This document shows, piece after piece, positions 1 to 13,319 of a DNA stretch of 64,000 nt; positions within the stretch are counted from its first letter, which is position 1; each line of letters starts with the position of its first letter. Made by a program: the position numbers and the translations under genes. The stretch is from positions 2,542,001 to 2,606,000 of the forward strand of contig JAWMAR010000289.1 in the NCBI GenBank assembly GCA_036785375.1, read 5' to 3'. The DNA is from Leucoraja ocellata (Eukaryota). The notes under the pieces are model-generated. The model saw nothing but the letters and a program-made list of their open reading frames with translations. It had not been told where the DNA came from and searched no databases.

Positions 1-73
1 CGGGGATCGTTGGTCGGTGCGGACTCGGAGGGCCGAAGGGTCTGTTTCCATGCTGTATCTCTGAACTCTGAAC
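1..73 (+). mobile_element. 3' tail of HE1-like SINE (CR1/HER1-derived tail), cut by window edge
   Basis: GGGCCGAAGGGTCTGTTTCCATGCTGTATCTCTGAAC matches the tails of full SINE copies at 15097 and 54331; the (CTAAA)n tail resumes at ~838. Confidence 0.8.
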
Positions 74-837
74 GTACACACCATTGAGGATAAATGGGGA
101 TACTGTGGATAGGGTGAGCTGCTTTAAATACCTGGGAGTCCACATCTCTGAGGATATGACATGGACATCACACGCCGCAGCACTCGTGAGTAAGGCAAGG
201 CAGCGCCTTTACCACCTCAGGCAATTGAGGAAATTCAGAGTGTCTCCGTGGATCCTCCAGCGCTTCTACTCAGCGGCTGTGGAAAGCATCTTGTTCGGAA
301 ATATTACAATCTGGTTTGGGAATTGCTCTGCCGAGGACAAGAAGGCTCTGCAGAGAGTAGTGCGTTTGGCCGAACGCACTATGGAAACTTCATTCGCCCC
401 TCTGCTGGAACTATACATCAGGAGGTGCAACTCCAGACCCAATAAAATCATGGGAGACCCCTTCCACCCCTGCAACGGACTGTTCCAGCTGCTACGGTCA
501 GGCAAACGCCTCCGTTGCCATGCTGTGAGAATGGAGAGGTTGAGAAGGAGTTTCTTCCCAGAGGCCATTAGGACTGTAAACTCCTATCTCACCAGGGACT
601 AACTTTACTGTATCACTCTACTGCTTTTTTTAAATAGCTGTTTTTTTCCCTTTTTCCTTCCGCCCACAATATTTAATATGAAAAAGAATATGTGATTCTG
701 TTCCATTCTGTTTGTAGTTTGTTTGGTTGTTTGTTTGTTTGTCTTTTTGCACAAAATCCGCGAGCATTGCCACTTTTCATTTCACTGCACATCTCGTATG
801 CGTATGTGACGAATAAACTTGACTTGACTTGACTTGA
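74..837 (+). mobile_element. 5'-truncated Rex1/Babar-type non-LTR retrotransposon
   Basis: ORF 84-602 has the C-terminal RT region (FKYLGVHISEDMTW, KARQRLYHLRQLRKF, HPCNGLFQLLRSGKR, SFFPEAIR); 3' UTR ends AATAAA(CTTGA)n. Confidence 0.88.
84..602 (+). pseudogene. C-terminal fragment of Rex1-type reverse transcriptase ORF
   Basis: 172-aa open frame with non-LTR RT thumb-region motifs; no catalytic core or endonuclease. Confidence 0.85.
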
Positions 838-1467
838 ACTAAACTAACAAAAAAGTACGGGACCAACTCCAGTCCAGTTAGGTATCTTAATCCAGTCCAT
901 GTTTTCACATGAGGTAACATGTTAGGTCTGTGGATGTTGCAGTTCCAAGTTAATCACCATGGCATTGTTCAAAAGCATGTTTGTTCTGTCTTGTATTTCC
1001 AATTTAAAGGCATGTCAGTTCCAAATGAATCATCTGAGAGTAGCTTTGTCCGTGCTCCTTCCATGTTTGCAGTTTTTAATTTGGAGAGGAAGGAGGAGGG
1101 TCCTTTAAAGTTTACACTTTAGAAATGTTGCAAAGATGAGATTAAAAGTAATTAGCAAACCATTTTCTGATCATTTTTGTGTTTGATGAATCTTCTTTTA
1201 AACAAAATACAGGTTAATTGTTTGAAAGAGAATGCTCTGGTTTGGAAACACTTATAGAACAGTACAGTGCAGGAATGTTTGTGCCAAACTTGTTGATTAC
1301 TTGGTACAACTTTAGAAGTTCTTTATGTTAAGCAGGTTTGGTCCATGGAATGGAGTTCTGTATCAATTACATCTGACTTTTCTGCCATGTCCTGTGCCCC
1401 TTCTGCCAATTGTAACATCCTTTTCCAAGTCTTCATGTTATACTTGCCGTTGGCCCTTGCAGAGAAG

Positions 1468-1587
1468 CACACAAGACACAGGAACTGCAGATGCTGAAAT
1501 CTTGAACAAAACACAAAGTGCTGGAGTAACGCAGGAGCTCTGAAGAATATGGATAGGCAATGTTTTGGGTCAGGACCCTTCTTCAGA
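1468..1587 (-). mobile_element. PLE pseudo-LTR remnant with tail
   Basis: Minus strand reads CTGAAGAAGGGTCCTGACCCAAAAC...CAGCATCTGCAGTTCC, homologous to the terminal arms of the 44179-45443 element. Confidence 0.75.
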
Positions 1588-1854
1588 GAAGCCTGTAAGT
1601 TTGAATCTTGTGGTGGAATCAGATGAGGCATGACTGCAATGGTGTTGAAGGTCTTCTAATGCACTTATACTCACTATTCAGACAAGAGGCAGGAACGACA
1701 AGAGACAGGTGGAGTGTATGGAAAGGATATTCGGTGCTATAGTTTCCAGTCGCCTTGTGTCAAGATGTGGGTACAGGGTACACTTCAAAGTTGACCCAAG
1801 TGGACATTGTTGGTGAAAGGGGCTTGGCTATAAGTTACAGGAAACAAATAAGTC

Positions 1855-1982
1855 TCCAAACATCACTGAAGAAAAGGAATAGGTGATGTTTCAGTTCGGT
1901 CAGGTCTGAAGAAGGGTCTAGACCCGAAACATCACCTATTTCTTTTCTCCAGAGATGCTGTCTGACCCACTGAGTTAATCCA
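1855..1982. mobile_element. PLE pLTR fold-back palindrome with hammerhead-like core
   Basis: GAAAAGGAATAGGTGATGTTTC is inverted as GAAACATCACCTATTTCTTTTC; core CTGAAGA(1906-1912)-A-GGGTCTAGACCC-GAAAC(1926-1930). Confidence 0.75.
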
Positions 1983-2883
1983 TCTTATAGTGTAGTATTT
2001 TATTTATGCTTATTGACCGGGAAAATTTTCGATCTATACATAGATTTGTATATTTGACTTTGAAACCATTGGATAAGCCAAGTGAAATATAACCCAGAAG
2101 AAAATAAACCTTTTTATTCTGCGCATTCAATTGAATACACAATCACGGTTATTGCATTCATATATCTCATGGCAGTAATGTCATCATAAAGTCTCATTTA
2201 CTTTGGAGCTAGATTATCTCCAGTTCACTATTTACCATCCACTATTTGTTGAGTGGAAGATAACCAGAGATTAATGTGGGTGAAAGATAACAAAAAGAAG
2301 AGAAGTGCCAGAGGCCCTCATCCACTGCAAGGTGTTTTGCCAACACTGGTTTTCATTTCCTTTCTGAATGACAGAGCTTTGTAAGTTTATTGTCGCTGTT
2401 CTACAGCCTGTGGCTTCAGAGCTGGGTGCCTGCCTCACAGGCCCATTACATCTAACACTGTAACACACAGAGGGCACTGAAAGGTTATCACTGATGTGAA
2501 CTCCCCAAGGAATACAAGTCTTCTGGCAAACTCCCACGTAGATTCTCATTCATTCCTCAGGATAATGAAATAAGAACTTTGTATCATATATCAATTCTAT
2601 TTCAATGATTTGTGTAAAAATACATTCCATCCAAATAATCCATTCAGCAGAAAAATAATGCGTTACTCCAATGGCCTTAAGTAAAGTTGGCATTTGTGTT
2701 TGATTTAAATGTATTTTCTTATGCTCTAACTTGTTTGGCAAGAAGCATTAGATATACACCAGATGTACAGTTGAATACATGGTTTCTTGCAAATGGAGTG
2801 CAGGTACCTTCTCTGTGGAGCATGTTTCACATATTCAGGACATCTACCATAGTGCAGAGTTTGAAATGTTCACTTTTCACCAG

Positions 2884-3211
2884 GGTGGCACAGTGGCGCA
2901 GCTGATAGAACTGCTGCTTCTCAGTGCCAGAGACCCAGGTTCAATCCTGATCTCCACTGTGACTGTGTGGAGTTTACATATTCTCCTTGTGGTTGTGAGG
3001 GTTTCCTCTGGGTACTTTAGTTCCCTTCTACACCCCAAAGGCATGCAAGGTTTTTGATTAATTGGCCTCTGTAAAATGGCCCTTAATATGTTGGGAGTGA
3101 TGGTATGTAATCATGTGTAGTCTTTTTGCTAACTGGACAGCACACAAAGAAAAAGCTTTTCACAGTACCTCGGTATACGTGAGAACATAAAAACTAAACT
3201 AGGAACTAAAC
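2884..3211 (+). mobile_element. tRNA-derived V-SINE followed by a Rex1-like 3' tail
   Basis: A box (TGGCGCAGCTG), B box (GGTTCAATCC), V-domain TGTGTGGAGTTTACATATTCTCC; 3103-3211 carries a different tail GCTTTTCACAGTACCTCGGTATACGTGA...AACTAAAC. Confidence 0.7.
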
Positions 3212-4302
3212 ATTTTACTATCTTTTTACCTTTGAATCAAATATTTTAACACAAACCAATATTTGCCCAGCAGAATGATTGCTGGTGGTTGTATCAAGCT
3301 CCACAACCCTCCTGATTATTAAATCTGCCACTTTAAGAGTGGCCATGTGTGCAGGCTTTTAAATCTGAACTTTGGTGAATTTCCTATCACAGAAATGAAA
3401 TATAAAATGGGGCACTTCACTAACGTTATGCAGCCCCGTCCTTCCTTCACGCTCAGTGAAAGGCTGCCTGCAGGTTCACCCCGCCGTCTGGACTAGAGGA
3501 GGTTCTCAGTGAAGCAGTGACCCTGCTCTGGCTGCAATCCATCAGCAGCAGGCAAGACACATGCTGCAAACACACAAGGAGGCTGCACAAACATCTCGCC
3601 CGTGCACATCGCTGGAAAAAAGCCATCCATCGCTCTCAAACTTGGAACATCGGCAGCTCTCAGCTTTCGTTTACGATGGGGATTTTTTTCTTTGGCAACA
3701 CTGATGATTAGCAGCTTGTTGCTCGAAGCAGGTTCTAGTGTGTATTCTTAGAGACTAATATGGGCTCAGAACAGTTGCTGCTCGTGGTGGTTATCTATAT
3801 TGGTTGTGCTTTAACTTGTCAGCCTTTTTTCTCCACCATTATGGATGCATATATCAAGATGTGTGGGTGGTTCCAGACTGATGACTTATAGATGGCCACT
3901 AATAGATCAAATTAGAAGGGTTCTTCACACAGTGGGAGCAGGGCAAACGTGGAAACCTGGATTGGATCAAGCAGATACCATTCATGTGTTTAAAATGCTG
4001 CTAGATGTATACGTGCAAGAGAACTGATATGTCCATGGTAGGAGTCAGTGCTCAAAATGTAAGGTGGCTGATTATGGTAAATATCCCAAAACAGACTTAA
4101 TTTTTTTGTTATAGATTCCCTGTAAAATGTCAGTTCTAAGTTTACTCATTTGTGGTTATCTGGCCTCCTTAAACACTTCTCTGGTGTTTATAAATTGAAT
4201 TAAAAAAAACAACTTGGATATCCTTTGGTGTGCTTTTAAATAAGCATCAGCTCCACAGACAACAGCTCAGTGTTTCCATATCGAGAGGCTTTAACCAAAG
4301 AT

Positions 4303-4548
4303 CTTAGTTTAGTTTATTTTAGAGATACACTGTGGAAACGGGCCCTTTGGCCCACCGAGTCCGTGCTGACCAATGATTACTTGTACACTCATATCCTACA
4401 CCGATTAACCGACAAACTTGCGCGTCTTTGGGATGTGAGAGGAAACTAGAGCACCCAGAGAAAACCCACGCGGTCACAGGAAGAATGTTACAAACTCCAT
4501 AAGAACAGCACCCATATTTCATGATTGAACCCTGGTCTCTGGCGCTGG
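4303..4548 (-). mobile_element. HE1-like V-SINE
   Basis: Reverse complement of the SINE body and (CTAAA)n tail seen at 15097 and 54331. Confidence 0.8.
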
Positions 4549-4861
4549 CCCAAATCGGCTTATGATTCCTGAAGGTGTGTCAAAAGGGAGTGCTGATTTG
4601 TGGAAGTTCACAATCCAACATGTTCTGAAGAGAAATGGTTTGTTTTGAGCACCTCAGACTTTTTTTAAATCACACATTTTGTGCTGCCAATTACAAACAG
4701 TGTTGCACGATTTATCAGATAAGGTTGAAACCTCTCTATGGGATATCCTCAATGCATTCTCATGAAAGTGGTTCTCCTGAAGTAACACAATTGTAACCTA
4801 ATGAAAGTATCACTCCAATTATATTGTCCTTTGTGACTGTGAGTTTCGAACTGTGTTAAAA

Positions 4862-5235
4862 GTTTGAGAAGGAGTAAGCCAATTAACTCTTTGAGCCTGC
4901 GTTCCCATTCTATTTGATCATGGTTTATCATAGATCTCAATATCATAATTTTGCCCTTTCTCCATTCCCCTTGATGCCTTTTGCATCTGGAATTGTATGC
5001 ATTCCCTTCTTAAATGTATTGAGTGGCGTTGCCTTCCCTGTTTCTGTGCTCACAAATTCTACAGGTCCACTATCCTCTGGATGAAGACATTTCTCCTAAA
5101 TCTCTGGCTCTGTAACCTGATACTGCCCCCTTTTTCTAGACACTGCACTCAGGGAAACACCCTTCCTGCAACCAGCCTGTCCAACACTGGCAGAATTTTA
5201 TAAGGTTCAATTAGATCCCCTCTCAATCTTCTATA
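4862..5235 (-). mobile_element. degenerate CR1 LINE 3' end
   Basis: Minus-strand translation RRLRGDLIEPYKIL...LDRLVAGRVFP plus CR1 3' UTR. Confidence 0.8.
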
Positions 5236-5259
5236 CGTTATGCAAACTGTTGAATCAAA

Positions 5260-5990
5260 CATAGAGAGACACAAAGTTTTGCAGATGCAGAAATTTTGAG
5301 TGGAACACAAAGTTCCGGAGTAATTCAGTGGGTCGGGCAGCATCTCTGGAGGACATGTATGGGCTATGTTTGCGCCGGGGCCTTTCATCAGACTGATTGT
5401 AGACGAGGGGGGAAAGACCTGGAAAAGAGCTGGGGGAGCGGGACAAAGCCTGGCAAGTGAGAGGTGAATATAGATGCGTGGGGTTTTGGATGGCAGTTAG
5501 GTGGACAAAGGCTAGAAATAAAAAAGGAGACAAAGGGGACAAAAGACAACATTTTTCCAGATAAGGAGAGAAGAGGATTGAAAGAAGAGTGAAAGGAGTA
5601 TTGATGGAAGGGGACGGGGAGGGGGCAGGATGGTGGAAGAAATAGGTGCACACCAGGATGGAAGGAGGGCACAGGAAAGAGTGGGGTAATAATAAAAGGG
5701 TGGGGGTGGTTACCACAAATTGAAGAATTCAATGTTTATGATGTTGGATTGTAAGATACCTCCAGTTTAAATTCCAGTTGGAATATTTTGGAGGACCAAG
5801 TAACCAAGAACCAAGAACCAAGATACTCCCAAGCGGATTATGAGATACTTTCTTCCATGAAAGTACTTTGCATGTGGCTTCGCTACCATAAAGGTCAGTA
5901 TGGGAATGGGAAGGGGTCAAAATAGCTAGCGACATTGGGATCCAACAGGGGTTGATGGACAAAGTAAGTTGATACAATGTCTCCTCACAT
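5260..5990 (-). mobile_element. degenerate PLE 3' fragment (GIY-YIG C-terminus, pyrimidine-rich UTR, pLTR)
   Basis: Minus strand: PSHSHTDL and LQSNIINIEFFNL* resemble the end of the 44367-45230 ORF; pLTR with CTGATGAAAGGCCCC core near 5370-5395. Confidence 0.75.
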
Positions 5991-6049
5991 GGCGGTCCCA
6001 CCATCCCACGAGTGAACCATCAGCTCCTGCTTTGTTGTGTCATTAAACA

Positions 6050-6472
6050 AAGAAGATTGCATTTATACAGAGAGCTCTCACAACTTCACTTTAACTTAAC
6101 GCGCCTTCCAATCAATAAAATACATTTCAAGGCATGACAACAGAAAAAAATGGCAGATGATTTGTGCAGAGTCAGTTCCAACTGTGATAATGAACAGGTT
6201 ACCTGTTTGAATTATGAGAATGTTGAGAATTAAATATTGGCCGGAGGAATGGGAAAAATTACCCTGTTATTTTCCAATTGATTCTTTTATATCCTCCTGA
6301 GATGGGCTTGACTAAACACCTCGTATGAAAAACAGCACCTCTGGCAATGCCGCACATTCTCAGTATCACAGAGAGAGAGCATACTTCTATGTATAATGTC
6401 TCTGAAGGCTATCTGAACCTATAACCTTCTGACCCAGACATCAGAGTGTTATTACTGAGCCACAGCTGACCC
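6050..6472 (-). mobile_element. DeuSINE (SacSINE1/AmnSINE-like), old
   Basis: Minus strand: GTCAGCTGTGGCTCAG tRNA-like head, Deu-domain GGCCAATATTTAATTCTCAAC, L2-like tail TATAAATGCAATCTTCTTT; homologous to 22339-22740. Confidence 0.65.
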
Positions 6473-7705
6473 AACCTACACATGCATTAGTGAGAAAATA
6501 CCTTTCAGCACCATTTTGATGTCTAGTCCAAAGTATGGCAGCTCTGAAGGTCCAGCACTCCTTCAGTGCCACAATAGAATGTCTGTCGAGAGTTTATGCT
6601 CAAACCTCTGGAGAGAGTATTGACACTTCTAATGCACGCTGTTCCATTTGAGGTGCATACCTACTGATTGGTACTGTAAGTACTGTAGATTGCAATTTAA
6701 AACACATGCACACTTCTTTCCCACTGTTATACACAGTACATATCCATTGTGGGAAGGATGTTTAACTGGAGGCAGTTACACCCATTGTGTGGTCAACGTG
6801 AGCGATGTACTGCCGTAAGAACATTATCAGCTGCCAACTCTTATCAGCTTTCACTCATTCACAAGATAATTTAGCAGAGATTGTCCAAAGTTTCCTTTAG
6901 GAAACTTGTGGGATTTGATTGGTTGCAGACATCTCCTGAAGTGCCGTTGAAAGATTGCTTTAAAATTGGTAGCCTCCGCAGACTGCAAAGGAGTGGAACC
7001 TTCTCGTTCTGGTGGAGTGCCAGTCCCATTTCTTCCCCAGGCTAAATCCAGAAATACTGTAGTTTAATGCAGCTATCCAGGTATGGAAGCACATAATCAT
7101 GAGTCATGGCAACACAAAAGCAACGCCGTTCTTTTCAATGCATCCCTTAACAAAATGCACATCTGGTCACAACATCTGGTTTGTACTATATAGATTCCAG
7201 ATAGTCTTAACAGTAGGCAACAATTATAAATTAATGGTGGCATTCAATGACTGCATTGATAACAGATGGTACTAGTAATTCTAGACAGTGTACTCTACAC
7301 TCAGTGTAGTTAGCACCAGATCCTTATCCATATTTGTCTGCTTCATATTTCCTTTCTCGGTCAGGTTTTCACCAAATGCCTAGATAGACAGACTATTCCT
7401 CCAGAAGCATGTAGAGAATTTTGTGACTGGGAACCAGGACTGGCTCCACCTAATTCCCCAGCATTTATCACAGGCAGGATATTTTGTGACTGAATACTTC
7501 AAATTTGTGATTTGAATTCTTCAAACACTACATCTGAGCCACAGCTCAAGTATAAAACAAATCCCAAGGGTATTTATGACACCTTACTGGATGAACTGAA
7601 ATTTGTGTAGAATGGAGCTTAGAAGTAGTAAGCCAAGATTTGAAGAAAATTGTGCCCAGAAATTGGATTGCACTTTTTTGTGCTGTAACTAAAATAGAAC
7701 TTTCC

Positions 7706-7790
7706 AGTCTGGATGAAAGGTCTTGACCCAATATGTCAACTGTCAATTTTCCTACACAGATGCTGCCTGACCCACTTAGTTCTTCCAGCT
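7706..7790 (+). mobile_element. PLE pLTR remnant
   Basis: GATGAAAGGTCTTGACCC...CAGATGCTGCCTGACCCACTTAGTTCTTCCAGC. Confidence 0.7.
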
Positions 7791-8223
7791 AAAATGTTGC
7801 TTGAAATATTGTTCACTGTCAAATCAGGTCTCCCTAAAATATCAGCAAGCAAATTAAAAGCAAATCTGTACAGGAATGTTTTGTGTTTATTTATTGTGAC
7901 AAACCTGCATAAGGTTTGGCAACTATTCTCGGCACTCATGATCAGGCTGAATATGCATGGTACACATAAGAATTTCTTCTTCTCTTCCTGAATGTTTCAT
8001 CGTTCTAACACAGAAAAGTAACAGCATAGATGGTCAAACTCCCACTGTGGCCGTTGTAGTATCAAACATCAAACGGTGAGTTGAATTGCAATCTATGCGT
8101 ATTCCAACAGGAACAATATCATTCCTATTAATCTTCTGCAGGCTACTTCCTGGGATGTGAGGATTGTCCTATCAAGAGTGGCTAACACAGTTTGGATCTG
8201 GATTTTTTTATAGTTCAGAAGAA

Positions 8224-8715
8224 TAGTCATTGACATAAAATGGTAGAGCCAAGGAAAACGCCCTTCTGCCCATAATGTATATGTCAGACTAATGGCACAA
8301 CCAACTCTTATCTGCCTGCACATAATCTGTATCCCTCCATTCACAGCATATCCATGTGCATGTCCAAAAACCTCATAAATGGCTCTATCATATTTGCCTC
8401 CACATTCCAGGCACTCACCACCCTCTGTGTACAACATTTGCCCTCCTTTGAACTTTGCCCCTTTGAACTTTGAAGCAATGTCCTCTAGCATTTGATTGTT
8501 TTCATCCTGGGAACACGTTTATGAGTGTCTACCCTATTGATGTCTCTCCTAATTTTATACTGTACCCTTCCATCAGCCTCCTGTATTCCAGTTCAAACAA
8601 TCCAAGTATGTCCTCTCCCTGTAGCTAATAACCCCTAATCCAGGCATCATTCTGGTAGTCCTCCTCTGCACTCTTTCCAAAGCCTCCACATCCTTCGGGG
8701 CGACCAGAACTACTC
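8224..8715 (-). mobile_element. CR1 LINE 3' fragment
   Basis: KDVEALERVQRRTTRMMPGLGVISYRER on the minus strand plus CR1 3' UTR. Confidence 0.85.
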
Positions 8716-9380
8716 TCAGTAGGATGATGTGAGATCCTAAGGAGATCTGATAAAAAAGATACTGAGATGCTTTCACTAGTGACAGAGTCTCAAACATGGG
8801 GACCTAGTTTCAAAGTAAGGGGCCTGCTGCATAGTGAGACCACAGCAGTGATAAAGAGAGGCAGAAAGGTCCTGCTGTTGCTTTCCTGTGGTTTTACCCA
8901 ACCCTGATGTTTTGAACAATGAGATGATTTGCTGAAACTGGCAGTCTCTGTTCGCTCAACCTCATCATGCTTGAAACACATGTTGAAAAATCATGCAAAA
9001 ACAAAAAAGTGCAAAGCAAAATTGTGACAGAAGTCATGCAAAATATTGATTAATTTGCAGGCTGAAAATTCTAACCAGTTTTACACAAAACTGATCAAAC
9101 TAAAATAAATGAGTCATGGATATGTTTGAATGGTGGTTATGTGATAGAGATAAGCACCCCGTCGTTACTGAACTAAAATCCATCATAATGGTGAGTTGGA
9201 AATCAATACACCTGTGCAAGAAATGATTTACTTCTGTAGAAACCTAACTAGTAGTGGGAACGGGAACCTTACCCAGTGTATTGAAGATGTGATGCCAGTC
9301 CCACACTCAATGGTTAACTATTAATGGGGACTGTGCAATGTAATCCACATCTGAAGAAAGAAAATTGAATCGGATATTAA

Positions 9381-9468
9381 AAGATAGGCACAAAAAGCTG
9401 GATTAACTCAACGGGACAGGCAGTATCTCTGGAGAGAAGGGGTGACATTTCAGGTTGAGACCCTTCAT
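9381..9468 (-). mobile_element. PLE pLTR remnant
   Basis: CACAAAAAGCTGGATTAACTCAACGGGACAGGCAGTATCTCTGGAGAGAAGG...GAGACCCTTC. Confidence 0.7.
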
Positions 9469-9774
9469 TGTCTTTCATGATATCTCAAATTGCTTTATAG
9501 TCAATGAGGTGCTTTTGAAGTGTAGCCTCTCGTCTGACATAGAAAGTCGAGATTGGAACTTTGACTGTTGAGGTCAGCCAGTGCAGGATTAATCACCAAC
9601 ACTTGTTTTAATGGAGGATCACAACCCTGGGGTATTTCTTTCACAGGATCAGCCCTGATAATCTGCCACAGCTCGCACTGATAGGTTATGAGTCTATGGG
9701 ATTACTCTATGTAATGTTAGAGGTCGGCACAGTGCACACTGGTGGGTTGTGAGCCTAGGTGTCTGTATCATTAA

Positions 9775-10385
9775 CATTTGGTATGTCAGATAAGACTCTC
9801 TTGAACTTCTACAGATGAACAGTCAAGAGCATATTGACTGGTTACATCACGGCCTGGTTCGACAACTTGAATGCCCAGGAGCGAAGACAACTGCAAAAAG
9901 TGGGAACACTGCCCAGTCCATCACTGGCTCTGGCCTCCCCACCATCGAAGGGATTTACTGGAATCGCTGCCTCAAAAAGGTAGCCAGCATAATCAGAAAC
10001 CCACACCAACTTGGCCAGAAGGCAGTGGAGGCCAATTTACTGAATGTTTTCAAGAGAGAGTTAGATTTAGCTCTTAGGGCTCTTAGGGCTAAAGGAAACA
10101 AGTGATATGGAGAAAAAGCCGGAACGGGATACTGATTTTGAATGACCAGCCATGATCATATTGAATGGCATTGCTGGCTCGAAGGGCCAAATGGCCTACT
10201 CCTACACTCCTGACCTACTGCACCTATTTTCAGTGTGTTCACACACTGAACTTTTTTTTCTCTCTCTCTCACTTATTGTTTTATTACAATGTACTATGCT
10301 TATATATTCTGATTTGCAGCTGCAAGTAAGAATTTCTTTGTTCTACCTAGGACATATGACAATAAAATAATCTTGATTTGACTCA
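9775..10385 (+). mobile_element. Rex1-type LINE fragment interrupted by a CR1 3' end (~10017-10240)
   Basis: FGMSDKTLLNFYR, SILTGYITAWF, LPTIEGIYWNRCLKKVASIIRNPH, then CR1 QKAVEAN...FKRELD and CR1 tail, then Rex-like UTR ending GACAATAAAATAATCTTGATTTGA. Confidence 0.75.
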
Positions 10386-11679
10386 TGATTTCGTTGGTGT
10401 CATTTTGGGAAGCTGTCAAATTGACATGAAAAGAAGAACATTCAACACTGAGCCCATAGTTCCTAACATATCACCCTTAGGCAATCTTTGAATGGATGTC
10501 CACTTGTGAAGCCAATGAACAGTGGACTACAGGTGAAATTTTAATGGATCTGTGAAATTGACAAGTTGGCCAACAATAATCATTTTGTGGCTCGGTGCAC
10601 ATTTGAACCTACAAACTTTAAACAAGATCATATTTCTGCTTGCAATAGGTTATGGATATTCAAAATCAGCTCCACCCACTCTGCTTTGGTCAATCTTGGC
10701 AGAGATAAAGGTACTTTTTAAATTACTTTTTTAAATGAATCATTGTGACTATGTAATAGTTGTACAATTGCCGTTTGCCAAAGTAATTGAAACTTTATCC
10801 TCAGTAAACTCCCAGAAATGAAAGTAATTCCTCCTGTTTATACAGCATCTCCCTTCTGGCTCTTATTTCAGGCCTATAAATAACACAATAGAAATGGAAT
10901 ATGCAAATCCTGTCCTCTTTGATTTCATCCAAAATTGAAGCTTAGTTCAGTGACCTAGTTTACTCAACCCCTGCAAAGTCTGCCTCACAAATGACGAATG
11001 ACAATATTAAAAATTTACTCCGCAGAAAATGGCACAATATGCGACACAAGAAGAGAGAAAAGAAAAAGCGGGTAATTGATTAATGGGCAATTGAGAGATT
11101 TCATTATTGTGGAATATACGTTTTGCCACAAGGGTGTAAAGATACATGCAGAAATAAAATTGTTTCCTTGGTTCAGCTTTCTCAACAAAACCTCTTCTGG
11201 AATTTCAATGAAGATTTTCTATCCTCTGCATTGGTTGAAAAAAAAAATCAGGTTAAACCGAATGACAATAGATGCTGGGTACAGACTACCTTGTGAAACT
11301 TAGCATTTGAATGAGAAGAAATGAAATTACTTTTCTTTAACATCTACTGTTGTACTGTGGAAGTGTGTGGAATTGTGCATTTTCTAAATTTGCTGTTTAC
11401 AAGGATATAATATGAGCCGGCAATTGGAATACTTTGGCCCTGATATTAAGGAGAGGACATTCTGGAAGTATTATTGAATTGATTTCATGACAGGGTTAAG
11501 GAACAGTAGAGACAATGCCACACTGTTACACTATAAATCTCCAAATAATGGGAAATCTAGTAAGGAGCAAATTTGCAGGGGGTTTACAGAGATGTGCAAA
11601 AGCAACAGATTATTTATGGAAGAATGGCAATTACCTTAATATAGACGGGGATAGCAAAAACAAAAGGGACAAAGTGGGG

Positions 11680-11995
11680 GAGGAGTTTATGAGGTGTGTT
11701 CTTCTCGCAGAGGGTGGTGAATCGCTGGATTTCTCTACCGCGGAGAGTTATAGAAGCTAGATCATTCAGGGTATTTAACGAGGAAGTAGAAATCATTATG
11801 CTTTTGTAATAGTGCTCTGGCTTCCTCCCACATTCCAGAGATGTGTGTGTTGGTAGGTTAATCGTGCACTGTGAATTTGGGAGGAATTGATAGAAGTGTG
11901 TGGAAAATAGACTACAGAGAAAATTAGGGGGAAATGGGATTGTTCTGTGACCCAGCATAGACTTAATGCGTCAAAAATGACCTTCCTATATATTG
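11680..11995 (+). mobile_element. degenerate CR1 fragment followed by V-SINE 3' half
   Basis: TTCTCGCAGAGGGTGGTGAATCGCTGG (FSQRVVN motif), then CTCTGGCTTCCTCCCACATTCCAGAGATGTG V-domain. Confidence 0.6.
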
Positions 11996-13319
11996 CGAGG
12001 AAAATGGGAATATTTCTTCCCTTCCTACAGTTTAGTTACTTCCTTCAATTTAGTGTTATAGTTCTGAAGGAAGCTAAGCACCAATCTTAGCAAGGTTTCA
12101 TCTGTAGGCCAAACTGGAACTCACTGTAGCTGAGCCAACTCTCCAGGCCTGACATGGAGTTCACGCATTAAAGATTAATCTGGGGACAACAACAAGCAAC
12201 TCAAGAGAAATATCAAAGCAGCATTAAAATAAATCCATGGAAATGTTTGCTCATGTGGAAAAATAAATTACAGATGAAAGTAAAAGCTGCAGTAGTTGTT
12301 AAAAGAAAGACAGGATAATGAATCCGCCAGGAATGGCTCCTGCTATAGTTGGCAATCCCAGACTATCAAAAGGCAGGGACCATGAACTGAAGATATTGCC
12401 GTGCTTTTGACCTGGCTGAGCAGAAATGATTGCTGAAACTTTAGCACATTAAATTGGATGTGTAACTGTGTATGTAAACAGTACAACTGGATCTTTTATG
12501 TTCACTGTTGGAGCCTTAGTCTAATATTATACCCGAGGGATGTTTCCTCTGACAGTGCAATGCAGTGGAACATTGGATAAGCTTTATTGCCCTCAATGCA
12601 CTGAACAAGACGTGACTCCACAATTTTGACACAGACGTGAAGATGCCAGGCTACCAAATGAGCCTGAAGCAGACAGATTATTACCTTGGATCCTGGTCAA
12701 CTTAATTTCTAATGAGAGAAGAGATTTTTTTTTTTGTGGTTGTCTACCAAGAAAACTGACAATGACACCAATGACAACTCCCAAAAGCAATGGTAAATAG
12801 TGTTATTTGTCATTCTGACGACTTGATAGATACAATAGTTTGCATATACATTTTGTGTTCTTAAGGTACTGCGGCAGACCTGTTGGTGCAGCTAATTCAG
12901 ACAATAATGTTCTTCATCCATTTCTAAACATTAGAAATAATGGCAGTCCATTCATCCTTCAAGCACATTTCACAAATTTATTATGCCGTGTTTACTCTAC
13001 ACATAATCTCCAGCTAATCCGCTGTTTATCCTTGAAGCCTCACCGGAAAAAAGGTGTATCCATTTCAGTCCCAAAATAATTAAGATGTCCCAGCATACAT
13101 GCATACCAATGGTGTTTTGGAAGGGAAGTATAGGCGGGTGGTCAGCAATTCCGGTATTTCTCCATGCGCATGGAACTAGCCTCAGGAAACACCATAAATC
13201 TGTTTACAGCCCTGGGATTAAACTTCATCCCACCTTGGAGTTTGGTGCCTCTGATTATTCAGAAGCATTTTTTTTAGATAGATTGTCACTCCACACTCAG
13301 CTTCCTTAACTCCAAGAAG

